Assembly (NCBI RefSeq): GCF_009914755.1
Contig: NC_060925.1
From: the human T2T-CHM13v2.0 reference genome, Homo sapiens
Reading direction: 5' to 3' (one strand)
DNA: 64,000 nt
Shown here piece after piece: positions 1 to 14,700 of the stretch. Numbering within the stretch: the first letter of the stretch is position 1; each line of letters opens with the position of its first letter. The notes under the pieces are model-generated. The model saw only the letters and a program-made list of their open reading frames with translations, did not search any database and was not told the origin of the DNA. The position numbers and the translations under genes are program-made.

Positions 1-1915
1 CTTACAAAATCCTTATCATGCAGCTGGCTCTCAAAAGTCTTAATGGATAGAGGCAGACATCACCAATAATGGGACCAGGTCACTAGGGGAAATCCACTGG
101 GCTTCACTCATAATTAGGTTCTGTTTTGATTCCCAGAGATGTGTATTTTCTACTACCAAATCCAGGAATTGTTATGCATATCATCAACAGCAGTCCATGG
201 ACAAACAGGCAGCATGTCCTCTCTCCCTCCTCTTATTCAGTTATTATTATTTTACACTAAACCTTCTTTTGCTACCTTTAAAATTTCGTTTGCTCTTTTT
301 GCTGTTTGCATCTAGAATACACATACTGTGTGCTTTATACGAGAATTTACACCCACTAGCCTTTGTCATTGTTGCTACCATTTCAATATCACAAGCTAAG
401 ATGGCAGATTTAGAGATAAAATATCCAGAGGTGGGAGGAGCCTGAAACTGAATATACCCCACTTGGTTATTTTTATACTCATATGCCATGAATGCCAAAA
501 TGGTGGCAGTTTTTCTTTTTTTTTTTTTTGTTCCCTTAGTCATCCACAAGAGACAAACAACACTTTATAACCCTCTTCTCCTTCTGCTTCCTGAATTGAG
601 TTCTCCACAACTGCATCTATGTGTTCCATTTTTAGCAAACTAAAGCCAGTTTCTTAAGTGTCCAGTTAAGAGATATTGTCTTCTGTATATGTCTAGTTTT
701 TAAAAAATCCCATGCCTGAATTTCTTAAGACATAAATTCTGGAATGTGCTCAAACACAGGACTTCGGTAATGTCTTACAGAAAAGCATGATACCAGTATT
801 TGAGGTGAAGGCACAAGAGCTGGCTCACAAAATTTTGGTGTCGGAGACTTCTTGAACTAGAATTATGTCATCTAAAACAGATACTAAATGCCAGGGGTTC
901 AAGAAGTGCAAGAAAAATTGAAAACTCTCCAGAAGATTCCTTATGATACTGAGAGGAGAAGACAGACGAAGAGAAGGCATAAATGTCAGGAAGGTGGAAA
1001 GACTAGACTTAGAGAGAAAAGTAGCTAAGGGGAACTAGGAGGCTGGTGTTACACCTGGAATCAAAAGCCAGCAGAAGGAGAACTAGTCAGTGACTCAGCA
1101 TGAAGTAAAGAAGATCAAGTGCAGGTGGTTTTATTTTAATTTATTTCATTCAGTGTAGGGATTGTTGGTAAGGGTAGAAAACAGTGACAAAGATAGAGAA
1201 GAAAATAGTCCATATTTAAACACAAAGTAAATCACAGCCAATTGCCGTGATACAATTGTTCAGATAGATTGAAGGTGAAATTGATTGCTATTTGACTACA
1301 TTTGATTTGTACATAATCCAAAGTTTACAGTAGACACACAAAACTGCCCCCTGATCCACATGACTTCCTGCTTAGAGGCCCTTTGATACTCCAAAAGTGT
1401 TCCATCTGAGGCCTTCTCATGGGTAGTCTTTGGATGAGACATAATTACCCCTTCTATTTCACTTTCCAAGTCCTCCTCAAATTAGAAGACTGTAGACTTT
1501 CTTCCTTATTTTGCTCCCTTCTCATCTCACTAGTTGACATAAGGTATTGTTAATTCAACAAAGCATTTTTCTTCCCCTTGGTAAGAATAAGTGCGTATAT
1601 TGTGGATCCCATATTTGGTCCAGTGGCTAAGGTCCTTCCTGAATGATAGTGTCTCCAGATTTTTATATCTGTTACTGTTGGGCCTGCCCAGAAGTGTGCT
1701 TGGGTCTTAGAAAAAATTAAGTACAAATTGTAGATTTACTATTTATTATTTATTTAGAGAGATTCTTTCCCCCAACTTCTTGAGCCAACTGGGAAGCACG
1801 TTAAGACGTTTTATGGATAGATAAACATCTGAATTCCTGTGATGATTGTAAAACTTTTCCTGTAACTACTTGCATGTGTCACTGATGGTAGTTAATCATT
1901 AGAATGGGGCAATAA

Positions 1916-2478
<563 letters not shown>

Positions 2479-4124
2479 AAGAATACTTATTTTTTAAATG
2501 AAAGCCAAATTTGCCATATTCTAAATCTTTCTCTTTAAATTCTGTAGTCATTTCATTTATCAATCGTCATCTAATTCTTAGATATTGTTATATATGCTTA
2601 AGTAACACAGTCTTTGAAGGTTTAGTTTTGGGTTATACTGAGTGTATTGTCACTATTTTCCCTCAGCCCTTAACATGCTGGGAATTGCAATCCATTGAAA
2701 GCGATTCAAGAACTGAAAGTAAATGGAGTTTGCACTATAGTTTCCATTTTGGATTTATCCCCATAAACCTTTAACTCTAAGATTGCTGGTGAAGACTGTG
2801 CTCTCCAGTCACCCAGAACAAACAGAGGGCAAAAAAGTAGAAAGGGAAGATTCATGAATCTTAAGGATGACCAATATTCTGGCATAAATGTCACAGCTTG
2901 CAATATATTGCTATATTATTCCTATGAAAGTTTGCATGATTAAATGGAGGCATATTGACAAGTATGGGACAAGTCAACTTTTCTTCATGGATTTCTTGTT
3001 ATGAGTCTTTTATGTTACCTGAATCAAATAAAACAGTCCAAACAGAAACAGTTGTTTGCTTAATGGTCTGTGAAACTAGAACCAATGATTGCACTTTTAA
3101 TTTCTAGCACTAAGGCTCTCAAACATTTAATAAAATCATCACATTGCTAAAATTTCTTATTTCACCTCTGTACCTTATTATGGCTCAGAGATTAAATTTC
3201 AATAATGTAATCAATAGTGTGATGAGGAGATTGTGGCTTTATTTTCAAGGATGTATTACACAGAGAAATACAAAGAACAACTTTCTCAGCTAGTATGGAA
3301 AAGAGATGTAAGCAATGGCAATCCATTCTGACTGCTTAGAACCCCCCACCCCTTAACTCAGCACTCTTCAAATCCTGTTGATGGCTCGTTCTTATCTGTG
3401 AAAACCTCAAAATATCAGAAAACCAACCATCTTTCTCTATATGCTTTATGTAGCAATTATATTACCTCATACTCTCTGACTATATTATATATTAAAATCT
3501 ATGTACAAAATACAAAATTATAAAAATGAGAGAATGAAATCAATATTATTTTTAAGATCATTAGCTAATATCTCAAGGCATATTTTCCATTTGGGGTTTA
3601 TTGTTATGATTGTACATGATAAGTCCATATTTTCAAGTGATTTTTCTTGACTTTAAATATTCAGTTTGGAAGAATTATTGGAAAAGCCAAATAGATCTTC
3701 ACTGCATTCAGCTCATGGAAATAGTTTATTCTGTAAGTGGAAGTGTCAGCTTTAGACTTTCCCCATACTCATCTGGGCTTACATTACAATCAGCATTATT
3801 TCTTGGCTAGGAAATTTGTGAGCCACTTGTCCATTTAGGGAGAGTTAATTTAGCTAAAATCCTGATAACACAACCTATATTTATGTCACTGGCCATATAT
3901 AAACTAGTATACACTGCAATATACTGAAAATGAACAAATGAGTTGAAGATAACTCTATTAACCATTTTGCCTTATACAATTATGATCCTTCTCCCAGGGG
4001 CAGTTACATAACATGTGGTCCTCTGAAACATAGACTGAGAACCATTTAAATCTGTTTATTACATCTTAGTAAAGGTTAATTGCATTCTTACTATACATGT
4101 GGACAAGAAGAATATATAGAAGCT

Positions 4125-4485
<361 letters not shown>

Positions 4486-4569
4486 CTAACGGATCATCTT
4501 GTACAATCGGTCATGTCTATGTATTCAAGTTTAGAGACTACTGTCCTAACTGGTAAACCTGAAGTTTGG

Positions 4570-5470
4570 TCTCACACTTTTTCTCTTCTAATTTTTAGTA
4601 CTCTCTGATTTTACACACCCTGAAGATGCCAGATGTACCACCATCCCAGACTTCTGAGCTGCAAACTCATATATATATATATATATGTATATATATAATC
4701 TGTTGGATATGTCCATATGAAAATCCTACATTTTCAAAACTGAACTTATATTTTGATTAATGGTTCTAATATTCATCCTTTGCCCAGGTAAAAAGCCTTA
4801 ACTTCTCCTTCTTTGCCTGTCATAGTCATGCCAATAGGTTCCTTTTATTCCACCTCCAAGCCACTACCACTAGTTCCTGCTTTTGTTGTTTCTACCCTAA
4901 ATGATGGGAAGTTACCTGCTGATTTCCTCCAGTCTTACCCAACAAATTCTCATACTATTGCTGGATGATCTTTTTAGGAGTCAAAACTATGTTACTCCAC
5001 ATTTCAATAACTCCATGTTAATGGTTCCCCTTTGTCCACAAGATAAAAGAGACTGCTTCTCAAGGGCACAAAGCTTTCCAAGATCTTACTCCTGACCTGC
5101 TCTCCTTTGTTACTATGTGACACTCTCCTTTTGCACCATGAACTCTGATCATCCCAAACTAGAATTCTGAAGGCACCACCATGGTTTTTCATAAATTCAT
5201 TTATTCTAGGCTTTTCTGTCTGCCTCAAGGGCCTCCAGATTCAATCCATACCCATCTGAAAACTTCTACTTATTTGAACACTTTAATTTTTCATCTCTAA
5301 ATAATTTCCTGCTGCAAGCAGAATTGCCTTTATTCTACCACAAGTATATCTCTGTCACTTCATTTTAATTAGTTTCTTTATTTTCTCCTCCACTTGATGG
5401 TGAGTACCTACTTAGCAGAATCTATTTCTTATTTATGTTTATAGAATGTAGCACAAAATCTAGCATGTAG
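4570..5470 (+). mobile_element. L2 LINE 3' fragment (degenerate)
   Basis: Pyrimidine-rich L2 3' motifs such as AACTATGTTACTCC, ATGGTTCCCC and CCACTTGATGGTGAGTACC...AGAATCTATTTCTT. Boundaries are approximate. Confidence 0.65.
4669..4697. repeat. (TA)n microsatellite, one interruption
   Basis: Direct reading. Confidence 0.9.
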
Positions 5471-6159
5471 CAACAAGACATTTCATTAACAATGTCTGTT
5501 AGGAACTGTTCTAGGTACTGAGGATTCGGGATGAATAAAATAGACAAAAATCTCTGAGTTCTTACAGAATATATTGTAAGTTTTAGTGGATGTTATCCAT
5601 ATTATAATCTATACAACAATATACTATAGTTTATATCACATTGATTTGAGCTGAATTTTGCCAAATAGTAAAAAACACTTCAGTGTCACCAAGCTGATCA
5701 TAGACTGAAAATTCACTCTGCCTTATAAGAATAAATTTATTTCTTGTAATCAGATCATGTAAAACTCTTATTGACCACAATTTACATGGCATCAATTTTT
5801 AAAAATTAAAAAATAGAAAGATAGGCATTTTATGCAAGTTTTGATCATGTTTACTAACCTTTTGAGACTAATTTCTCTGATAAAACACTTGGGTAAATAG
5901 TAAGTATGCAGTAGTTATTTGTGAATGTGACTACATGAATGGTAACTAATTAATTTAGGCCAAGAATTGATATGATTTTTATAAGTTCTCTTCATGAAAT
6001 GAAATTAGATTACAAGTTGAATAAGCTGGAGCTAAGATTTAGAGATGAAAAATTAACCTACATTTCATGTGATGATCAACACTCTACTTCAAACTTCTCA
6101 AATCTCAGTTCCACTCGTATGATGCTGCTAGCTTTAACAATTTCAAGTTTTTCCAGAAA

Positions 6160-6390
6160 TAATAACGATAGGTGATTATGTGCTAGATACTGTTTAAAGT
6201 GTTTACATGAATTGTTGCATTGAATCTTCACAACTTCTTGAGGTATGTGTTATTATTCATTCTATTTTACAGATCAGGAAATTGAAACTCAAAGATGCTG
6301 ATAATCTTCCTATGATTATACTGTTAATAAATAGTAGAGCAAGAATTTGAACTCAGGGATTTCAGCCTTGAAATACCATAGGTCTGCCCT
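6160..6390 (-). mobile_element. MIR SINE
   Basis: Antisense MIR core: TATTTTACAGATCAGGAAATTGAAACTCAAAG...AGAATTTGAACTCAGG. Confidence 0.75.
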
Positions 6391-7109
6391 GTGCTTCACT
6401 TATTCAGGACACTGATGCTGAAAGTAAAGACTAAAGGACAATAAAACAACCAAACCCAGTCTACTAACATATTTATAATCTACTGGGATTGAGGGCTGTG
6501 CTCAAATTCACAATAAGGGAAGAGAATGGAGAAGGACAAAAGTGCTAAATGTGAGCTAAACATAGAAGTCGTCAGTCTTCAACCTCAAAAAGTTTCAAAT
6601 AGAAACTTGTCATTGGCTCAGGAAAAATGAAGAGGAAATAGCACCACACTGATTATTGTTGAACGTGTTTATGGGGAAATGCATAAAAAATTTTCTGCCT
6701 CTGCTTCATGTCAGTTTTAAATTCATTCTGGCAAGCTCACTGTTAAAATGTTCTGATGGTGTTGGGAAGCAGCAGAGTAGGCTGGATGGGTCAAAAATAT
6801 GTCACTGCTATTTGAGATCAATATATTTAGTATAAACGGATCCATCAGGTTAGCTGTAGTGACCAAGCATGGCCATGATGTATGAGACTTAGACAATCAG
6901 GTTTTGAAGAAACACTGTATTTTGATTTGGTGAGCTTAGAACAGAATTAGAAAAGAGGTAATCAGGGTAGATAACTGAGAAGGATGATAATAGGGAGATG
7001 AACATGAGACTTAGAAACAAATTCTACCTATTTCTATTTTCTATGGCTATTTCTATGACTTAGCAACTTCTGCACTCCTGGAGCTATTCACACCTCAGAA
7101 ACTGGTTCT

Positions 7110-7340
7110 TGAGGATGAGCAATATCATCAGTTTTGAAGTCAAGCCTATGCTCAAATGTAGGTTCCATTTATTGCTAGCTCTGCAAGTTTAATGTATCTG
7201 AACCTCAGTTTTCTCTTCTTTTAATTGGAATAATCATATTTATCTCTCAAAATTATTGTGAGAATCAAAGAGATAATGTGTAATGTCCCCAGAACAGGCC
7301 TAGGAGGCCTAGAACATAATAAGTACTCAATATTTAGTTC
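7110..7340 (+). mobile_element. MIR SINE
   Basis: MIR core: TCTGAACCTCAGTTTTCTCTTC...GGAATAATCATATTTATCTCTCAAAATTATTGTGAGAATCAAAGAGATAATG. Confidence 0.75.
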
Positions 7341-8089
7341 TCTTTCCCCTCACCTGGTAATCTCACTATAAAAATAAATGCACCATCTACAAACAGATTC
7401 ACACACATGCATACAAATGCAAATTACTGGGTTAGAAGAGAGAAAAAAGGAAACAGGCACCATTCAAATGTGGAAAATATTAGCATTATGCTCTGACCCT
7501 CTTTCTTCCTGTATGTATTGGTAAAAATTTTATGTGATCTTGAGAAAAGAGGATGTCAGTTAACAGTCACAGAGCTCATAGGGCGGCTTCTTATAAGAAG
7601 CAGACTGCTATGGGGCTACAAGGAAAGTGCTCTGTCTACCCACTAAACAGATTTTTCTTCAGGAAAAGTTGTTTAGAAGAATCTTTAGATTTTCTGCAGA
7701 GTCAAACATACCTAATCCTAAATGATAAGACCTTTTGGAAGATAAGATCTGAGGCTAACATCTGCTTGAGACTCAAGTTAACCAAGAAGAAAGCCATAAT
7801 TTTTCTTAAAGAGGCCACCTTTCCCTCCAGTGTGCATACTCTATCTCACCTGGGATTCACATTTTTCTTCATTTCTCTTTCTGTAATTCCAAAGAATTCT
7901 GCTTCTTGTCCTGGTACTGTGAAGAGAACTGTAAGTGACTCATAGTCACTGTTTGACTACATGTGATGCACAGTGACTATAATAATTATATTTTATGTTT
8001 TTTTTAGATACTTCAGAACAGTACTTCATTATCAGTGATGAAGTCTAGACAAGAATTTAGAGGATTTAGCCAGCCCTCTAAGAAAATAT

Positions 8090-8300
8090 TAAGTAGCAAA
8101 CATAGTTTTTTTATATGCCTGGCACTATTCCAAAAAGGATCCAATACAAGGTAACGACTTATAAGGTGGTTACTATTATTATTCCCATTGTGCAAATAAA
8201 AAGTTTTGGACCAGGGAGGTTACATAATTTGCCAAAGGTGAGATAGGTGGTAAATGCGGAAGCTGTCCTGTGTTCTAATCGATTTTCGTATATAGTACCA
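8090..8300 (-). mobile_element. MIR SINE (degenerate)
   Basis: ATTATTATTCCCATTGTGCAAAT...GAGGTTACATAATTTGCCAAAGGT. Confidence 0.6.
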
Positions 8301-8363
8301 TTTCTCGTGGTACTTACAACACTTTGTGCAAAGTAAGCGACCTTCTTTCTCTCAGTGTCAAAA

Positions 8364-8667
<304 letters not shown>

Positions 8668-11589
8668 CAAAATTTTTTTTAATACGGTAAAATTCTTGTC
8701 CTGTTCCACCCTCTGCCCAACCCCTTGAAGATGGGCAAAAAACTTTCTTACAATATGGAGAGGTATTATTGCAAAATTTACTGCCAGGTTGAGACCTTGC
8801 ATGCCACACTAAATTTTTATGACAGTTATAAACGCCTAAAAAATCTAAGTCTATCATGGGACTACTTATAAATCCTAATAATAACTCTCTGACCAAGCTG
8901 CATCACAAAGGAGTCTAGTGGCTAAAGTCAAGTAAGCAAGAACAAAGGCCTGAATGATTTCTTTAGTTCGATGATTGACTCTTCTTCCCCTTTTTTTTTT
9001 TTTCAAGAGAGTTAAGAGAAGAGGGAGGTAAGGAAAGGTAGAAGAAAAAGGAGACTTCCCATAGAAGCCCCAGTAGATCTCATTTTCTGAACTCCAGTTT
9101 TCTTTTAAGTAAAATGGTATTCAATATATCGTGAAGTTCTTTGAAATTCCATTTTACTAAACCCGCTCAGGATTTAGGAGGCCAATTTAATAAGTGATTG
9201 TAGAATTCCTGCCATCTGAGTGCTGCCTCAGGAGTTATTCCCCTGTTGTGTGTTTCTTTTTAAGTATTGGAAGGCCTGAGGAAATACTAAACAGAATTAC
9301 AAAAATGAATTATACAAGATGTGACTTTAAAGTAATGAGACCAATTCTACAAGCCACACCTGAAAATCAATGATATTACCAAAATTATACTTACACTTTT
9401 AGTCAAAAGGGCATAATGCAAATCCATGGGATTAGGGAACAAAAAAGGATTGGAAGAATACACGCAAACTCAGAACAAGGTTACCTCTGAAATTAAAGGG
9501 GACTTTAGTTTACTGTATTATGTTCTATAATATTTTAAGTGCAATATGTTCATGTATTTTTAAAATTATCTAACTCAATTTGGACAAAAAGAGCATGAAA
9601 ATCAACTAAAAAAATTGGTTGTTCAATTTCTTTGTTTCATGAATATTCAAAGAATGAGATTATGCTTTCAAGAAGTAATCATTCCAAAGCTTCAACTCTT
9701 AGCCAATACTGCATTCTCATAGCCCTTTCATTTTAGGGTTAGCATAATTATCATGGCTCAGCAGAAACAGAAACAGAATAACTGTTTGCCATGACTGGGA
9801 TCTCATTGGTTTCTTTGATGTACTAATGGAACCTTGTCACAGTTCTTACTAGACTTCGTTCATTAATTTATTTAGTCAGTCTCTCCAATATTTAACACCC
9901 TCATCATTTATTTCATTTCTTTCTGTTGATTTATGACATTATCACCAATTGGATTTCACCCAATGGTTGGGTTTCTTTATACATTTCTCAGATTTATAGA
10001 ACAAAATTCACTTTTCTTCCTTTGAGAGAAAAAGCAAGGAGAAAGTATTTATTCCTGAGCTTGAATTTTTCATCATAAGCAAGTGCTAACGAATGATGGT
10101 GGGGATTGGCCTGACTCTTGGAAGAAGTTGGATGTATACCCTAGAATGCCAGATGTTAAAAAAAATATATATCTTGGTCAAGATTCAGGAAAAAGTATAT
10201 TTTAATTTTACCCAAAGGAAAAATATTGGTTAACATGAAATTAAAATGAAAAACAATACTCCTCTTTGTTTCCTTCTCTCCCCAAAACAATCGCAATCTC
10301 CTATAAAGTCTTCGAAAACAAAATAACATAAATTGATGTGTTTTGCTCCTAACAGTCTATTGACATTTATAATTTAGTACAGAAAGACTTTTAAGATGGA
10401 AAAATGGTGAGTTACAATGTATCAAATTGCTCAGGGCTGAGATTGCAGAGGGTCTCCACTCACACTATGGTACCATCGCTCACCAAGCAGGTAGAAACAG
10501 AACAGGAAGAGAAAAGAGAAAAAAGGAGCCTTTCATGCTTACTGATCCACATGCTGACTCTAAAGCAGAAAAAATAGCTTTTCAGAAAAATCACCTGGGA
10601 AAATAAGCCTGCAACCCTTCTCATTTGGCACAGGTGGGCATCCATGAATATATTATCATATACAATTATTGACAGTAATATATAAGTATAATGGATCATA
10701 ATCATTGAGAAGAACTTATCAAGCCCATAACAATGAGTATGAATTGGAAGAAAAATCCCTGTGGAAGGACCAGGGCTAAGTCATTCTTGACTCTTTATCA
10801 AATAGTGAAATTAACTGAGAATGCCTGGTATGACTGTGCCCTGAAGCCAAGTGATATTCATATGAGATATTTCTGGGTTAACACTGCAGCCCAGGGAATT
10901 AAGGTATAAATACTAGCCTTAATCCCTCCAGCTGCTTGCTCCCATTTGACTGGAAAGCCTTGTAATACTCTGTGCTGATAGGGGCAGTATTGTGCATTAG
11001 CAAATGAGGTGTCATAGGAAAATTAACTCCTGAAAAAATTTCAAATGCATGTGTTTGCAAATATCAATTTAAAGTCGATTATTTTTACCAAGGGATTTTA
11101 AGAAAATTAAGAAATAAGTTGTTTATCATTCACAGAGGTGAGAGCTGCAAGAAAGAATGCCCTGATGATATTAAAACATCTTTAAGTCTTAAGCACTTTT
11201 GATGTTGTATCCACTCTTAACAGCCATTTGTCTAAATCATAATCTCCTGACTGATATGTGTGGATAAATAGAAAGAGTAAGGACATTGGAATCAGGCCTA
11301 GAATCACTTGCAGCTTCATTTCCTAGCTATATGTCCCTTGTCAGGTCAACTGTCCTCTCTGGGTCTTCACCTGCAAAAATGGAGATAGTAAGATTTATTT
11401 CACATAAATGTGCAATACAGAAATAATACAGTTATTAAATTGAGACAAAGTAGGTCATCCATAATTGACAACCTTTGGATTTCTATTATTAGTAAAATAA
11501 ATGCTATTAGACAAACAGTCTTACCTTCTCCAGGGAGCAAATCACATAAGGCACTAACAAGAGCAGAAAGAATACAGTATCTATTCAAC

Positions 11590-11790
11590 TCCTAGTATAT
11601 GCCTAGAATTTCATTTGGCACTTTGTATACCTTATCACATGAAATTGTGCAAGTAATCTTAAGAAGCATGTATTCTTAGCTCTGTTTAAAGATGAGATGG
11701 CTGAGACTGAATAAGATTAGGTAACTTCTTTAAAGTCACACAGCTATAAATGTCAAAGTATCATAAAGTGAGGATTTCTGGAATGCTGCT
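11590..11790 (-). mobile_element. MIR SINE (degenerate)
   Basis: TGTTTAAAGATGAGATGGCTGAGACTG...GGTAACTTCTTTAAAGTCACACAGCTA. Confidence 0.6.
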
Positions 11791-14700
11791 AGCTCGTCAT
11801 TGCTTTGCTAATCGAGTCCTTGTATCTTTCTAAATTCATTTTTAACCAAGAGATTGTGTCAGGTGTAATGTCTACGATCATAAAATTACAGTTCTCACTA
11901 AAGTCGTCTTCTGGCAAGCTTTGCAAAGAGCTGCAAGTATGGCTTAGAGGCTTTGTGATGATGTCCAGAAATCTTAGTAATGCAGAGCTTGGAATTTCAA
12001 CATCAGTGTTCCATAGATCTTCTCTATAAGGGAAAGGTTTATTTTTCTTCATCATGGCAAAAGAGAAGACCTTGCATTTTCAGGGTTCAGAATAGACCCT
12101 CCATTTCCTGTATTTTCTTCAAATTGCCTTGGGTGACAGTTGATCAAGTATTCTGTACTATGTCAAAACTGTTTGTAGAAATGCTCCAGGAAATTGTAAA
12201 TTTCAAAACATGTAGGCTTGTTGTCTTCAGAGTACAATAGCTAATAAAGTCATGAGGGCACCAAGGGCTTATTTTTATCTTGTGGACTTCCAACTTACAA
12301 AAAAACCACACAGTTACACACAAAGCTCCCACAGTCACACATGAGCTCTGGGAATTTGCCAGATCACTGGGATATTTGTTTGTTCAAAAGTTTGAAGATA
12401 TTTTATTCAAAAAGACTAATTTTAGAATTGTTAATGTGATTGCAAAACAATGCACATGTACAATTGTCTCCTTGCTCGCTGGATGTTTAAGAAATTATTG
12501 ATAGAATGAATCATCATATAATGTGCCTGGTGTAGCACCTTGCATTAGATGATCTTAATGAATAGTTGCTCAATGAAAGACTACATTAATTCAGACGCTA
12601 AACATATGACAATCCTTTTTCCCCTTTAAAACACACAAAATAATTTTTTGGTTAAGGTGGCCAAATGAATCACATTAAATACATGCTTTCAGAATGAACA
12701 AGTTTATTCTAACTAATTCTAAAAGAAGTTCTCCTCAACATTCATACACAGAACGTATAAAAGCATATAAAAACCACAAAGAAGAAAGCATACACAGTAC
12801 TGCCATGTATTTATAAACATCCTACTTTAAGTAGCAATTATTATCTCAAGTTATATATATATAAAAAAGGGAAAGTATGGAGAGTGTTATTAACTCAATA
12901 TTCATTCATTCATGAGTAAAATTAAGTCATTTGGAAAGCTACATTTTCTTTAATAGTAACAGAAATAGAAAGAGCAGCTATCTATTTTTTTGTTTGTTTG
13001 TTTTTGCCTTACTGAAGGCCACTTATTTAACATTATACTTCTATGGAGAATTTCATATACTTACGAAGTTGAATGGCTAGACATTTTGGCAAATCTCTTA
13101 ACCAGTTCACTCATGCTACTATCTTTATTACAATCTTTATTGCCTTCAAAATAAAGTCCAAAATCCATAGCACAGCATTCAAAACCTTATGAAAATCAGA
13201 ACTTTGCTTTCCTCTGGTATTAGCTATAGAGCTTTGATTTCAGTCAACTAACACTGTATATGGCTTGCTTAACCAACTACTGAATTTGTTGGGAGGATGA
13301 CTGACGTGACATGTTGGAAAGGAGGGCGGCAGAACCAGACCCAGTGCTGGGAGGAACCAGGCTGTTTCAGAAGGTCTGAAGGTTTGATGCTGCTTGACTG
13401 TTCCTTGCAGGAATACCTCTGGAAACCCAAGGACCTCAGAGATTCTCAGTCTTTTTGTCATTTCTCTTGAATCTAGTCAAGGAGAAAGCAGGGCACCTGA
13501 TTATTAGTCCACCGAATGGTATTAAATGGGGAGAAGTCACTACTTCCAAATAAAATCAGGTTCATAGCGCCATAAGAAAGTAAAATGAATAGTGACAAAT
13601 ATCATTAATTGTCCATCTCTCCCTTTCAACTTATTTTCTACCCCTCTTTTTTCATTTCTTCAAGCACATAGAAGAACTTGCAATTCCATTAATCCTCCAC
13701 CATTCCTTTGCGTACACCTTTCTTTCACTCTTCTAAAATGCCCTCCTTTCTTTTTCTAACCTCATGTGGTAGTTCTGACCCAGCCTCCGAGGCTCAGCTT
13801 CTTTTTCAACAGCCTTTGCTCCCATCTCTTTCTCCTTCTTCATGCCTCATTTGGGCTGGGTGTCCCTTCTGCCTTTCCCTAGCATTCCCTGTTCACTTCC
13901 ATATCACCACAGGCAGCATTGTAATTGCTGACTTCTCTATCTCCTCTTCTCAGGCCTGTTACTACATTTGCCTGGAGCTCTCTCCAACCTTCTCTCTCAA
14001 CCCTTGGCATGGTGAATGTGTGTCCTTGGGAGGGTGAAGTGGGGAAGAGGTGCTTCACAAGCCCAGGAAGTAGGGCTTCCCCACTGGGTGGGGAATTCTG
14101 AGTCTCAGGTACCTAGTGTGTGGTCTAGAGGTGGGGGGAGATGGGAAGATAGATTGCTCAAAGTCTGGGTATATATATCTCCTTGGCTCCATGGATTCCT
14201 TGCCCCATGGAGAGAATTGCAGTCAGAGAGGGCAGGTAGGGCCTTCTAAAGCTCAGTGCCTAGTGCAGAGACCCTGGTTACCTGATTCCAAGGGCAATGC
14301 TATCTCAAATAGGCTGTCAGTTACTCGAAGGGAAACCATGTTTACTTTGTAAAACCAGCAACTCCTGTAGCTTATGCATAGTTAGTGCCCTATATGAATT
14401 TGCTGAGGACCAAGTGAATGGGTTCATGAACCTTAGTTTTCTCTCAGAAAAAAGGAGGTTATGCTCCCTACCTGTCCTGTCTACTTTCCATGCTGATATG
14501 AGAGGAAGGAAGTAATTGATGCAAGTATGCTTTGAAAAGAATTAAAGCTTTTAAAGATTGTGCCTAACAGCTTCTCAGACAGACTTATGACTTATTTTGC
14601 TTGCCCTCCCAGAAAAAGAAACAGCAAAATGTTTTACCAAGTCATTTAGAACAGAGTTTAGATTGTGTGTATATATGCATATGTACATATATATTCATAT

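Noticed and set aside
11789-12055. 88-aa minus-strand ORF with protein-like composition
   Set aside because: I recognise no family. There is no poly-A/TSD of a retrocopy and no convincing splice sites. A tBLASTn/BLASTp search would be needed to revive it.
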